Shown in pieces: positions 10,165 to 23,839 of a DNA stretch of 64,000 nucleotides. Source of the stretch: Stegostoma tigrinum (lineage: Eukaryota); assembly GCF_030684315.1 (NCBI RefSeq), contig NC_081381.1, forward strand, positions 9,296,566-9,360,565, written 5' to 3'. The notes beneath the pieces were generated by a model. It made no database searches. It was not told the origin of the DNA and saw nothing but the letters and a program-made list of their open reading frames with translations. Position numbers and translations under genes: made by a program. The number at the start of each line of letters is the position of its first letter. The stretch's first letter is position 1.

Positions 10165-11365
10165 CACAGCATGGATTTACAAAAGGGAAATCATATTTGG
10201 CAAACCTACTGGAGTTCTTCAAGGATATACCTTGAAGAGTCAATCAGGAAAAGGCAGTAGGTGTGGCTACTTGGACTTTCAGAAGGGTTTTAATGTGTAA
10301 AATTAGAGTGCATGGGATTGGGGGTAATGTACTGAGATGGACAGAAAATATGTTAATAGACAGGAGACAAAAAGTAGAAATAAATGAATCTTTTTCTGAA
10401 TAGCAGGCAGTGACCAGTCGGGTACCACAGGGATCAATACCAGGACCTCCGCTATTGACAGTGTATATTGTTGACTTAGATGGGGAAATTAAATGTGATA
10501 TCTCAGAATTTGCAGATGACACAACCCGAGGTGGAAGGGTGAGCTGTAAGGAGAATGCAGAGATGTTGCAGTGTGATTTAAACAGGCTGTGTGAGTAGGC
10601 AAATGCATGGCAGCTGAATTAAAATATGGATAAAAGTGAGGTTACCCACTTTGGATACAAAAGTAGACAGGCAGATTATTATTTGAATTTTTAATATTTG
10701 GTTGTAAGTTGAGAGAGGGAATGTTCAATGAGATCTGTGCATCCTTGTGCATCAGTCACTGAAAGTAAACGTTCAGGTGCAGAGGACAGTAAAGAAGGCA
10801 AACTGAATGTTAGCTTTTATAGCAAGAGGATATGAGTACAGGAACAGGGATGTCTGGCTGCAATTATACAGGGCATTAATGAGGACATACTTGGAATATT
10901 GTGTGCACTTTTAGCTTCCTTATCTGAGGAAGAATATTCTTGCTATAGAGAGTGTGCAGTGAAGGGTTACCAGATTGATTCCTGGGACAGTGTATGAGGA
11001 GGGATTGAGTTGGTTAGGATTGTATTGTCTGGAGTGTAGAAGAATGAGCGAGGATCTTGTAGATAATTCTCAAATTCCAACAGGACCAGACAGGTTAGAT
11101 ACGGGAAGAATGTTAGTGGTGGGGAAGCCTAGAACTGGAGTCATAGTTTAAGAGTAAGGAGTAAACCTTTTTAGGACTAACATAAGAAATTTGTTTACCC
11201 ATACAATGGTGAGCCCATGGAATGCACTGCCGTAGAATGCAGTTTAGGCAAAACATTGTGGCTTCAAAATAGAAGTAGATATAGGTCGAGCCATGATCAT
11301 ATATATTAGCAGAGCAGACTCGACAGGTTGAATGACCTGCTTCTGCTGCTCTGTTCTACATTTCT
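10165..11365 (+). mobile_element. Old CR1 LINE (RT domain to 3' end)
   Basis: VPQGSIPGP and ISEFADDT RT motifs with stops and frameshifts. Confidence 0.85.
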
Positions 11366-11369
11366 ATGA

Positions 11370-13760
11370 ACTCTTTACGAATTTGCTGCAAGGATTGGCA
11401 CTGGGACCACTTTGTCATATATTCATATCCAAATCATTTATGTGAAAGACAAATGATTAGTAAGTTTGCAGATGACACCAAAATTGGTGGTGTCGTGTGT
11501 CGTGAAGGTTATCTCTATGCTGAACAGAATCTTGATCATATAGGCCAATGGGCCGAGGAGTGGCAGATGAAGTTGAATTTAGATAACACTGAGATGTTGC
11601 ATTTGTTAGGCAAATCAGGGCAGGGTTCGCACACCTAATGGTAGGGTCCTGGGGAGTTTGCCAAATAGAGACCTTGGGGTACAAATTCATAGTTCCTTGA
11701 AAGTGGAGTTATGGGTAGACAGGACGGTGAAGGAAGCATTTTGCTACACTTGCCTTTATTGGCCAGTGTATTGAATACAGAAGTTGTGGCTGGACAGGAC
11801 ATTGGTTAGGCCACTTTTGAAATATTGTGTTCAGTTCTGGTCTCCCAATTGGTCGTGATCTTTCAAAAGTCTCTGGAGTCAGGGAAAGTCCCAGATGATT
11901 GGAAAACTGCTGTTGTAACTCCCTTGTTTAAGAAAGGATCAAGGCAAAAGATGGAAAATTATAGACCGATTAGCCTAACCTCGGTAGTTGGTAAAATTCT
12001 AGAATCCATTGTCAAGGATAAGATTTCTAAATTCCTGGAAGTGCAGGGTCAGATTAAAACAAGTCAGCATGCTTTTAGTAAGTGGAGGTCATGCCTGACA
12101 AACCTGTTAGAATTCTTTGAAGATGTAACAAGTATGTTAGACCAGGGAAACCCAGTAGATGTTATCTATCTAGACTTCCAAAAGGCCTTTGATACAGTGC
12201 CTCATGGGAGGCTGCTGAGCAAGGTGAGGGCCCATGGTGTTTGAGGTGAGCTACTGGCTTGGATTGAGGATTGGCTGACTGACAGAAGGCAGAGAGTTGG
12301 GATAAAAGGCTCTTTTTCGGAATGGCAACCGGTGACGAGTGGTGTCCCGTGGGTTCAGTGTTGGGGCCACAGCTGTTCACCTTATATATTAATGATCTGA
12401 ATGAAGGGACTGGGAGCATTCTGGCGAAGTTTGCCGATGATATGAAGATAGGTGGACAGGCAGGTAGTACTGAGGAGGTGGGGAAGTTGCGGAAAGATTT
12501 AGACAGTTTAGGAGAGTGCTCCAGGAAATGGCTGATGAAATTCAATGTGAGGTTTTGCACTTTGGAAAAAAGAATACAGGCATGGACTATTTTCTAAACG
12601 GTGAGAAAATTCGCAAATCAGAAGTGCAAAGGGATCGGGGAGTGTTGGCCCAAGATTCTCTAAAGGTTAACTTGCAGGTAGAGTCCGTAATTAAGAAAGC
12701 GAATGTAATGTTGTCGTTTATCTCAAGAGGGTTGGAATATAAAAGCAGCAATGTGCTTCTGAGGCTTTATAAAGCTCTAGTTAGGCCCCATTTAGAATAC
12801 TGTGTCCAATTTTGGGCACCACACCTCGGAAGGACATACTAGCCCTGGAGCGTGTCCAGCAGAGATTCACACGGATGATCCCTGGAATGGTAGGTTTAAC
12901 GTATGATGAATGGCTAAGGATCCTGGGATTGTACTCATTAGAGTTTAGAAGGTTGAGGGGAGATCTAATAGAAACTTACAAGATAATGTATGGTTTAGAA
13001 GGGGTGGACGCTAGGAAGTTGTTTCCGTTAGGCGGGGAGACTAGGGCCCGTGAGCACAGCCTTAAAATTAGAGGGGGTAAATTTAAAACTAAAATGAGAC
13101 GACATTTCTTCAGCCAGAGAATGGTGGGCTTGTGGAATTCGTTGCCGCAGAGTGCAGTGGAGGCCGGGACGTTGGATGCCTTCAAGGCAGAGATCGACAA
13201 ATTCTTGATCTCAAAAGGAATCAAGGGCTACGGGGAGAGTGTAGGGAAGTGGTGTTGAAATGCCCATCAGCCATGATTTAAATGGCGGAGTGGACTTGAT
13301 GGGCCGAATGGCCTTACTTCCACTCCTATGTCTTATGGTCTTATAGAAAAGATGTTGATCCTGAAAGTGTTCAGAAAAGATTTATAAGGATGTTGCTGGG
13401 GTTAGAGGGTTTGAGCTATATAGAGAGAGACTGAATAGGCTGGGGCTATTTTTCATAGAGGTTTGTAAAATCATGAGGGACATGGATAGGGTGAATAGCC
13501 ATGGTCTTTTTCACAGGGTAGGGATATCTAAAACCAGAAGTCATAGGTTTAAGGTGAGAGGGAAAGGGCAACTTTTTCATTCAATCGGCGGAGCATGTAT
13601 GCAATGAGCTGCCAGAGGAACTAGTGGAGACAGGTATGATAACAATATTTAAAAGCTGTCTGGATTGGTATGTGAATAGGAAGGGTTGAGAGGGGTGTGG
13701 GCCAAATACTGCGAAATGTCACTAGATTAATTTAGGATACTTGGTCGGTATAGAAACTCA
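11370..13760 (+). mobile_element. Old CR1 LINE split by a younger insertion (host parts ~11370-11848 and ~13345-13760)
   Basis: ISKFADDTKIGG motif; the host sequence breaks at cagttctggtctccc and resumes at agaaaagatgttg. Confidence 0.75.
11849..13344 (+). mobile_element. Young 5'-truncated CR1 LINE
   Basis: NYRPISLTSVVGKILE, YLDFQKAFDTVPH, KFADDMK and RPHLEYCVQFW motifs with few disruptions; tail cctatgtcttatggtctta. Confidence 0.93.
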
Positions 13761-14129
13761 ATAGCTAAATGGTGAATGCCTGTATGAACAGCTAAGGCAG
13801 TGAGGTTGTGGTGAGTCTGAAATGGAAACTGATGCGGCTGTCAAAATGGTGTTTTATTTTGCCAGTTGCTGCAGTCTCCATTGTAAACACACATTAGCCG
13901 TGCCCAATGATCTTGGCTAGTTTGATTCTCTCTGTAATGTTTTTCCTATTATTTTATGTTAACATTGCAATAAACAGTTCACCACCTTTTTCTGGTCTTT
14001 TCTCCAGCAAGTTACTTGTATTTTATTGTTTTTTACTACCACAAGCCCTTTCAGGAATGTAATCAAAAACTAAGATGGTACAAGCCCAAAGAACTTTATT
14101 GTACAAAGGACTTAAAAGTAGTAAGGAAG

Positions 14130-14845
14130 GTGGAGTGGGCAAAGATCTGGCAGATGGAGTATGATGTTGACAACTGTCAAGTCATCCATTTTAATAGGAG
14201 TAACAGTAAAATGAACTATTATTTGAACGGTAAAAAATTGCAACATGCTGCTGTGCAGACGACCTGGGTGCCCTTGTGCATGATTTGCAGGAAGTTGACT
14301 TGCAGGTACAAAACAAAATTAAGGCAAATGGAATTTAATGCTTCATTTCTAGCAGGATTGAGTTTAAAAACAAGCAGCTTATGTTGCAACTGTATAAAGT
14401 GCTGATGAGGCCACACCTAGAGTACTGTGTACAGTTTTGGCCTCCTTGTTTGAGAAAGAATGTACTGGCACTGGAGGGGGTGCAGAGGAGATTCACTAGG
14501 TTGATCCTGGAGTTGGGAGCGTTGACTTTGAGGAGAGACTGAGTAGGCTGGGATTATATTCATTGGAATTTAGAAGAATGCCGGGATCTTACAGAAACAT
14601 AATTATGAATAGAATAGATAAAATAGGAGCAGGGAGGTTGTTTCCACTGGCAGGTGAAACTAGAACTAGGGGGCATTGCCTCAGCATAAGGGGGGTGCAG
14701 ATTTAGGACTGAGTTAAGGAGGAACTTCTTCACCCAAAGAGTTGTGAATCTGTAGAATTCCCCCAATTCTCAGCCATGATCTTATTGAATAGCACTTTGG
14801 ACTCGAAGGGCCAGATGACCTATTCTTGTTCCTGATTCTCATATG
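14130..14845 (+). mobile_element. CR1 LINE fragment
   Basis: EWAKIWQMEY and RPHLEYCVQFW motifs. Confidence 0.8.
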
Positions 14846-15143
14846 TCGGTTTTCTTTCTTTCCCTCCTTTTTTTCTGTTTACTTTTACATGCTGTTCATT
14901 TGTAATTTTTTTTTGAATTCTAACAAGTCCATAGTTCATCTAACTGATCTGTTCCCTGTACAGTGCTCACTGGCTGATTTTGAATATTTCCAACATTTTA
15001 TGCTTTTGTTTGACTTTTTGGTATTTGCAAGTTTTCATGTAGGTTCAAATATGTTCTGTTGTGGTTAATTATCGCAGTGCTAGTTTCTATGAAGTAATTG
15101 CGACTTCCATCCATTTGCTGCAAAAGAATCTTTCATTTTTCAG

Positions 15144-15186
15144 GGTAATCAAGGACTTCATGATACAAGGGGGTGACTTTGTAAAT
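15144..15186 (+). CDS. PPIH: PPIH exon 5, VIKDFMIQGGDFVN
   Basis: Acceptor tttcag, donor GTAAGT; FMIQGGDF cyclophilin signature. Confidence 0.97.
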
Positions 15187-16594
15187 GTAAGTTATTGAAG
15201 CACATTTTGTGGTATTTTCCGAGACAATTAGTGCTGACACCTTGTGGGGTATTTGCCACCTTGGCCAATATCTGAGACTAGGTAAGAGTTAGCTTGTTTG
15301 AAGTAGCTCTTAGACCCGAGGCAAACGGAAACTTAGTGGCAATCTCATGATCAGTGGTAGAGGATAGAGCACCCGCGCATATCTGCGGAAGGAGTTCTCT
15401 TTTTAGATAGGAAGGTTTACTGCGTGATGGCAATAAGTAGACCTACATTTGATCAGGCAAAATTATGAGGGCCTTAGGGAGCTGGTACAGATCCATCTAT
15501 TCCCTGTGAAAGCAAGTAGAATTCCCTGTTTCCACCCACAGGCTGTGTGTGATTTCAGTAAAGTGGGTCGAGCTATGTAAGATGAACAGTAATCCTTTTA
15601 GAACTATTACCTTCTATAACTAACAATTAGTGGAGGCAGGGAACGAAGCTGTTTGACCAGGTGGAGATATCGGAAATGAGAGGTTATGTGATTAAAAATC
15701 TTAAGATTAGATGGAACACTTGAGCTCTCACACATGCAACTGCCAACTTTGTGACCAGCAGGGGCCACTGCTAGCACATGGCGCTATGTGACATCGACCC
15801 AGGCTTGGCTTAATCTGGCAGAGAGTGCAATGTACAACTTGAAGGGGACGGGGATTTTCCCAAAATTCAAATGTAGGCCACATTCTATGGCAGTTGGAGT
15901 TGAATTGAGTTGTGCTGGGGGGTGGGGGCGATTGTTGAGCTGGTGGACTGGAACTTTCATTCTCCATCAGAGCTCAAGAATTCCGAGGTGTGATTGAGTG
16001 CTGTGTAAATGCATCATGAAACAGAACCAGCAAAAATTCAAAATTTGCAATAATGGGGAAAGCTGAATAGACATAATCAGATGGATTTGAATATTATCCT
16101 CAACCACCCATCCAAGGTACAGAGGCTTGACCTGTGTCCAAGACTGGGCCTCATTAATGTACAGACATTAGATATGTGATTACCCACAGAAACATCGCAT
16201 TGCATACAGTGGCACTGGGAAATGGAGCAGGCAGCCCACTCATTATTAATTATCTGTACTACTGCCTGTCTTACGTCAGGTGAACAAGTTAAAGGCTCGA
16301 ATATCTGAGCATTTTTGGCCAATTGAATCCTCTTACTGTAGAAGCCGTCCAGGTAGATAAGCTGGAAGTGGTGTGGAGTCATGGGAAACCCGAAATATCC
16401 CTTGAGAGTAAGGCTTAAACTTTATAAGAACGTGTGGAGAGGACAGGAACGCTTGGAAGGCATAGCCTATTGCCAATACCGGATAGCAAATGCGGAAGTG
16501 AGCATTGCATAACAACGTGAGTGGAATTGCCCATGTCTCTCAAATGCAGCTGTCTAATTTAAGACAAATAACAGCTAGATGCTTATAAGCATGG

Positions 16595-17330
16595 AGATAA
16601 AGCAAAAATGCTGCCGTTGCTGAAAATTTGAAGCAAATACAGAGAACTCTGGAGAAGCTCAGCAGGTTTGGCAGCATCTGTGGAGAGAGACAAACAGTTA
16701 ATATTTCGAGTCCAGTGACCTTCTGCAGAACTTCAGAACTAGTTCTGAAGAATCATCATACCTGATTACCAACAAGGAACAAGTAAACCACTTAGCCCTT
16801 TTGAGTAATAAGATCACAACTGAGCTGATTTTTAAGCTCAACTGTTTATTCCTGCATATCTCCTGATAATTTGTCACCCCCTTAGCAAGCAAGTATTTAC
16901 CATTTCTGACTTTAAAAATATATAAGGATTCTACATCTGACGACTAAAGAAGAAAGGAATTCCAAAAGACTGTCAATCCTTTCGGAGAAAAGATGTTTCC
17001 GGTTTTAAATGGGTGCATCCCATTTTTAAACAATGAGCCCTACTTCTCGATTTCCCCAGAAGAGAGAAAGCTTCCTTTCAATGTCCAGCCCGTCAAGTCC
17101 TCTCAGGATCTTTTATGTTTCAATTAACCCACATCTGATTCTCTTAAACTTTAGTAGAGGATTCAGGTCTAGCCTTCACTGAGCTGCTTCCAAAACTTCA
17201 ACATCCTTCTGTAAGTACGTTGACCAGTACTGAACACGGTACTCCAGATGCGGTTTCACCAAACATCAACTGTTTCTCTCTCAACTGATGCTGCCTGACC
17301 TTCGAGTTTCTCCACACTGTCTGTTTGTTT
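16595..17330. mobile_element. Second Penelope-type pLTR family (inverted junction near 16735) interrupted by a minus-strand CR1 fragment (~16765-17255)
   Basis: ctcagcaggtttggcagcatctgtggagaga arm, mirrored by tctctctcaactgatgctgcctgacc after the CR1 piece; junction cagaactagttctg. Confidence 0.5.
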
Positions 17331-17607
17331 AAGCACAGAACTTGTGATTGTTGTATGGGCACAACTGTTCTCCATCTTTACAAGACATTTGTACTCCCCA
17401 AAACTGTGGGGACTGATAATTGGACATGGATGCATCCTATCTGTTACCCCTTTATTGTTAAGCATTCTTGAAATATCTTATGAAAGTCAGCATTACATAG
17501 AAATATGATAGCCCTGTGCTTGGTGTGTGATTTTAAACTTAAAATTGTTAATTTTCTGCATAATCTCTTGAATGTTTAAGCTAATGCAGTGAGCCTCTTG
17601 CCCACAG

Positions 17608-17700
17608 GGAGATGGGACTGGTGTATGTAGTATTTATAGAGGACCGTTTGCAGATGAAAACTTCAAACTGAAACACAGTGTCCCTGGTCTCTTATCCATG
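17608..17700 (+). CDS. PPIH: PPIH exon 6, [31 protein letters not shown]
   Basis: Acceptor ccacag, donor ATG|GTAAGG. Confidence 0.97.
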
Positions 17701-17769
17701 GTAAGGGAGCTTCAAATTGTTTATGTAACATTCATATTAATGAAAAATGTGTTTTTATTAATTGAAGAA

Positions 17770-18110
17770 AGAGAGATTTGCATTTCTCATGACTACTAGA
17801 AGTCCCAAATGATTCATACGCAGTGGAGTGTTTTTGAAGTGTAATTATTGATGTGATGTAGGAGATGCGTTGAGACCCCACAAACAGCAATGTGATCAAT
17901 TCCAGCTAATCTGTTATAAAACATTAATACTTCTCAGGTCAACGGGGCTTTCACCCATATTCTTATTCAAAATAGTGCCATGGGGTCTATATATCCACTT
18001 GAACAGGCAAATGGGGCCTGAGGTTAATATCTAAAAGACGACAGTTCCAAAAGTGCAGCACTCCTTCAGAATGCTGTGGGGTATCTGCTGAGTTTTTTCC
18101 TGCTGTGCAG
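17770..18110 (-). mobile_element. Deu-domain SINE (SacSINE1/AmnSINE1-like)
   Basis: Reverse complement contains ggagtgctgcact..gtcgtctttt..aggccccatttgcc..cccatggcactatttt, resembling the Deu core as I recall it. Confidence 0.6.
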
Positions 18111-18208
18111 TGAAACTTAAACCTGATGGAGGGAAATGTGAAAAGCTGCTTCGAAACTTTACTCTTTTGTGTTATACTAACCAGGTCTTTTTTGTGCGTA
18201 TCAAACAG

Positions 18209-18296
18209 GCAAACAGTGGCCCAAATACAAATGGTTGTCAGTTCTTCATCACATGTTCTAAATGTGATTGGCTTGATGGGAAGCATGTTGTTTTTG
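18209..18296 (+). CDS. PPIH: PPIH exon 7, [29 protein letters not shown]
   Basis: Acceptor aaacag, donor G|GTAAGG; QFFIT and [10 protein letters not shown] motifs. Confidence 0.97.
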
Positions 18297-19370
18297 GTAA
18301 GGAAACAGAAATCTGTCTGAACGATTTCAGGAGTGGTTGTTGTTCTGGGAACATGTCTATTCTTTAGTGTCAGTACAAAAATGAATCATACATTAAATAC
18401 AAGAAGGACGAATTTCCAGATTTTGTATCCAATTTTATTAATAAAACCAGATGATCAAATTCTGTCTTGGCTTCCTCCTCAGTAACTAAATTTATCCACC
18501 TTGTGGTGGATAATGGGAGTACTAGGTAATCTGGAGTGTAACTAACAGGTGAAAGATCTGTTTCAGTCATGCCAAGTACCTTCTCAAGGTGGTTATTTGC
18601 TCCCTGGCAAGTGAATGATATCAGGTGAAATGAGGCCTTGTCATTTTCCTGACTCTGCCACCATCCAAACTTTTAACACTTAGACTGTAGTTCACTGGAT
18701 AATGATTATGAGCAGGAATCCTGATCAACTTCCCACAAAATAATCTGGGGAAGCTGAGGCCAAAGGTAGCGCCTTTAGTGTCATCAGGGTCTAGTTTTAA
18801 ATAGCTTTCATTTTAAGATTATTGATGACTGTAACTTGCAGATTGCACGCCAACAATTTTGGAATTCAACTTCCAAAACTGCAGCAGTCTTCATAATGTT
18901 GGGAAGGCAGACAGCTGTTCCTGTTCATTGCAGATCTGATGATTCTCATTTGTGGAAATGAGAATGTTTCCAGAATTTTTTTTTACAGAAAATCAGCGTG
19001 TCCCTATTAAAGAAGAAAATCTTTAGCATTGTTACTCTTACTCATGTATTTTAATACTCCTGCTCCGAGTATTGATACGTCCTGCTCATCGGGCAATGCC
19101 AATGGTCTATTCTAAATGTTCTGAACAGAGTGACTGTTGCATGTTTTTCTGTACTCCCAGTGGGTATGGGCTTCCAGTCACTGATTGCAGTGCAAAGCGT
19201 TTCTACTTACTTTCCTTGTCAGCATAGAAAAGGCCAAGAATTGGGTGTGCAGAAACTTAGCCACCTGTTCATATTCACTTACATTTTATTGTCTCTTCCT
19301 TGGAAGGTTACTCTATTTATTTAGCCTCTTGAAGGAACCAATACCTTTTTAAAAATCTTATTTTATCCAG

Positions 19371-19411
19371 GTAAAATAATTGATGGATTGCTTGTAATGA
19401 GGAAAATTGAG
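19371..19411 (+). CDS. PPIH: PPIH exon 8, (G)KIIDGLLVMRKIE
   Basis: Acceptor atccag, donor GAG|GTAAGC. Confidence 0.96.
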
Positions 19412-22027
19412 GTAAGCAATTATCTGTTTTGGTAATATTTATTGCTGCAAAGCAAATACTGTCGCTAAGTTAAACATTTGCTGTACAAACAGCGTTTAGG
19501 TGCAGTCTGCTGCTAAATGTTTTTCATTTGCATCTAATGTACACACATTTCAGCAAAAAAAATTCCATGGATTTTTCAGTGAGGACCAGGGCGGGGGCAG
19601 TGTAGTTAAGATGATCATTCTTCCTTGACTCCAATAAATAAATACAGCCTGGTAATTGGAATATGAAAGATGAACCAAAAGATATTAATGCACATTAATC
19701 ATTTAGATTCTTCTGAAACATCCATGTGTAATTACATTTGTAAACTTTTCACCATGCCTCCCAGGGGCATGTAAAATTTTGAGAGAATAGAACTCTGAGA
19801 AACTCCACAGATGGCTCCTTGGGCCTGCAAGTGATTGAGTTAAAAATATTCCATTGGGATCTTGACATAATATTACACCAAAACAAAACATTGCATTTAC
19901 TGGAAATCTGAACCAAATTCTGTTGATAGATCACACTTGAAAAGTTGACTCCGTCTCTTCACAGATGCTGCCAGATCTACTGAACTTTTCCACATTTTCT
20001 GATTTTATTAGCTTTGACCCACTGCATTCCAAACATAGTTTTATGATCCAAGCAATGTTGAATGAAAATGTTCCAATAATTAGTGTCAGCATCATTTCTG
20101 CAGTCAAACTTTTAGCAGGTACTCATCCACCCCTTTTTAAAGAAACCGCTTTGTATGGCTTTCTTAAATATTGTTGTTCTTTCCCAATCACATTCTGAAT
20201 TATCTTCCTATTTTTACACTATGTCCAAAGGCAGCTAGGTAATTAATCATTTCCTCCATGTGACCAATTGCAAGCAGGCCATATCACATGCCTGCAAGTG
20301 TCGTGCCAGTTTTCTTTTCCGTCCTTCTCCCTGCCCAAGGAGTAGCCCACGGTCTCTGCCTTTTCTTTCTTGTACAACCCTGCAAATCTATGCAGGCTAA
20401 TCGTAAAACTAAGATTATGATGATGTTAAGTAACCTGCTGCTAGTTGCAATTGTGGCTAATTTAACTTGCCATCCATGCACTGTTACTGCCTATTATCTG
20501 TGTCATCATTATTGTTCCTGGAATGGGGATTTGAAGTTGGTGTATCAAAGATAGGAATACACCAGCGTCCCATCTTCACCAACACAAAGGATTTTTTGAG
20601 TTGCATGCACACACATTCAGTAGCTGGAACTTGAGCACTTCCAACCAGCTTCCAATGTCCTGTTGTCTCTTACCAATTGCTAAATGCATTGACCTGCTTT
20701 TATTTTCACTGTAGCCTCTAAAGAAACTTCAGGCATTAATTCAGATTATATCATCTTCAATGTTTAATTCCGACTATTGCACAGAACCAATCTAATCTAC
20801 TTCTTCATGTACGCTATCATATGATGCCTTCGGGAAGTAATTAACTTACAATTAAAGAGAACAAAAGTAAAAATGATGAAAACAATGTAGTGCTGAAACA
20901 ATGCACAGAAGCTGTGTCTATGCACAGACCCTACTGTGCGAGACACCAGTGAATTATTGTACCCATTTAGTCAATGTTTTAATCAGTGGAATACACTCGA
21001 AGATGATGACAGCAGTTTAGTTAGATTTATTCATTTTTCTCCACCCCCCCCCATCACTTTCCAATCTTCTCAAAAACGTAGTTAATTCTTGGAACTTACA
21101 TTTATTGCCTGTCTGTAATTGTCCTTGGAAAAATAGCTGCACCCTTCACCGATGACATGCATGATGTACTTGGTCCCATGTGGCTGGTGGTGAGATCCAG
21201 GATTTTTGACCCAGAAGTTATAAAGCAATGGTGAATTTTTTTTTCAAATCAAGATGACATGTCTTGGAGGTGAAAATGATACCATACACCTGTTGCTGTT
21301 GCACATCAGGGTGGTGAGAGATAGTGGACTGTGGTGCTTCTGAAGAGACTGTGGCAAGTTGCTGCATTAAAACTTGTTTAGACAGGATAAATGCTTAACC
21401 TGTGCATAAAGCACCATTGAACAAAACACTGTTTTGGATGCTGTGGAGCTTCTTGACTGTTTTTTGTAGTTATGGCTAGCCAGGAAAATGAAGAGAATCT
21501 CAACACACTCCAGATTTATGCCTTGTCAATGATGGAGAGGCTTTGAGGAGTCAGAATTTCAACCAGTCACAACTAAATGCCCAGTCTCTGGCCTGTCCCC
21601 TGCCATCTTTACACTGCCCCCAGACCCACAACTGAACAAAATAATGCTCTTCGTTACTATATCATTCCCTGTGCCCTTTGTTCCTTGTGGCTCAACCTGG
21701 TTTGCAGTCATCACCTCCATCAATCCTGGCCCAGTGTCATGACTCTCCCACCTTTAAACTGTTTGCTTCATTAGAAACAAAAGCAGAAGCTGCTGAAAAA
21801 ACTCGGCAGGTCTGGCAACCTGTGTGGAATGAAGTCAGAGTTAACGTTTTCTAAGTTTTTTTTAGGTTTTTAGCTTCATTAGAACACAGCTTTGTTTTGG
21901 CTCCTCTTAAGTAGCCATTTGAAAGTTCAATCAGTTAATGAAATTGTGACTATGAGAGTAAAACAGTGTTCTCTTTCAAAAAGCTTTATTGTTTATTATT
22001 AATCATTTATAAAACATCTGCCCACAG

Positions 22028-22096
22028 AATGTTCCTACTGGACCCAGCAACAAGCCGAAACTTCCTGTGGTAATTGCACAATGTGGAGAAATGTAG
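22028..22096 (+). CDS. PPIH: PPIH exon 9, NVPTGPSNKPKLPVVIAQCGEM-stop
   Basis: Acceptor ccacag, TAG at 22094-22096. The nine exons sum to 534 nt (177 aa plus stop), the known PPIH length. Confidence 0.96.
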   Translation, partial: NVPTGPSNKPKLPVVIAQCGEM

Positions 22097-22326
22097 AGTT
22101 TACTGAAACAAGAGAAGAATCCAGCTCTTCGCTATTTAAGAAGTGTAAAGTGACCTGCTTTATGACCTGCACACGATTGTGCTAGAGTTCAGAGCCAGAG
22201 GTTTAAAGTATTAACGAGCACAATCTGGGATTTTGACAACCAGGTTTAATTTAACCCGAGGCCTAGGTGTATAGAAAATTTCTATGCTATGAATAAGTCA
22301 CTCCAAAACCATTTCCCTCTTTTAAA

Positions 22327-22906
22327 AATAAAAACATCATTGTAGTAGAGTTCTTGTCTAGAACCTCAGCTTGAGACACAAATTTTCCCTGGTGAAATTT
22401 GAGTCTTCCGAAGCATTTTTTTTCTGGAAATATATTCATGTATATACAAAGTCCAGTGAGTCCCTGTCAGTGAAATCTGAATTTAATTGTCTTTGTAACA
22501 ACTAAGACATCAAATCATTCATTTTTGTTTTTTTGAAAAGTAGTTTGTACTATCTGCCAAATTTGTAAACTTCCCATTTAGGGAGAACAGGATGTTAATA
22601 TTTTTGCAGCTGTCATGATTTGTAATTTTATATTTCAGTCTCAGTTTATATTTACTTTTCTTTTGAACTTTAAGAATTATGTATACCGTAACATCTGAAA
22701 TAAAACATTTTGGTAGAATGTTATTTAGTGAGTGAGTGATAAATCCCTGTATTAACCATTTCATGGGTTTCTTTTATGTGTAAGTTTAGGAACCAAAATG
22801 TTGTATGAATGAGTGAACGTTTGAATTTCATTAGTCTCTGTTTTCCACAATTAATGCAATTTAAATTTTTGATTTCTGGTTAAGTATGAGCACTGGCATC
22901 AATAAA
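22327..22906 (+). terminator. Candidate PPIH polyadenylation signals (AATAAA at 22327, 22699, 22901)
   Basis: Three hexamers downstream of the stop; the 22699 site is followed by GT/T-rich sequence. Confidence 0.5.
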
Positions 22907-23839
22907 AAGGGATCTGGCCCAAAATAACTGGTCAGAAGTTAACAAATAGACGGATAGAAGTTGTCAAACATAAAATACGAAATAAGTGTTTTCATAAGAC
23001 CAAATATGGTTACAACAAAGAATGAGTGTCTTAGCTAATGAGAGAGCTCTATACTAAATTGAACACCTGTAAAAAAGAATTACTACCAGTACATTTACTT
23101 ATTTGGTATTATAAAACTGGAGTATCGTTTGAAAAATATTAATTTTGTAAGAGCATTCATCAGGGCAATTCTCAAGAAACATCCAGTATAAAAAGAAAAC
23201 ACCATTTATAATGTAGGATAGAGATGGTTAATTTGCAAGTGAACTCTGGTGGACAAATTTCCATGAAGAATGCACCAGTTAATGATGACTGACAGTTCAT
23301 TGTCAATCTTTGTCTAAGTTTTAAACCAAGCAAGTTGACTCTTAATTGGTTACGGCATTGCCACGCAAAATAAACCAGTGAGTACCTAATAACCATTGTC
23401 TGAGTTGAAGTAAGTGTATTGTATGTACCTGATCTTTCTGTCTGCAAAGAACAGGGCCTTATGTGTAAATGTATGTAACTCCCACTACTGGGAAGTAGCC
23501 ACACTAACAACCCGACAGACAACCTTGTAGTTAGTCAGTCAACCATCTGTGCCGTTACGTTTCTGTGTAAGACATCCAGAAGTACTTTTAACAAGTCTCT
23601 TGAAGCAGCTTATTAAATGCCATCTGAAAATCCATTTGACTCCCACTATCCTTTTGTTTTTCCAACTTTCTCTTCAAAGAGATGTTAAATTAATTGAATT
23701 AGCAGAAATCAATCCTCTCCCTCTGTCGTTGTTAAATACTTGCCTCTCAAAATACTCACTGTTACCCTGAAATATGGATTTTCAAGATCTGTTCCCAATA
23801 AGTGTTATTCTGACTGGTTGGTGAGTAACCTGACATAGA

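Noticed and set aside
19367-19376. CAG|GTAAAA at the PPIH exon 8 start as a recursive splice site
   Set aside because: Explained by Gly-Lys codons; the intron is short and the donor match is poor.
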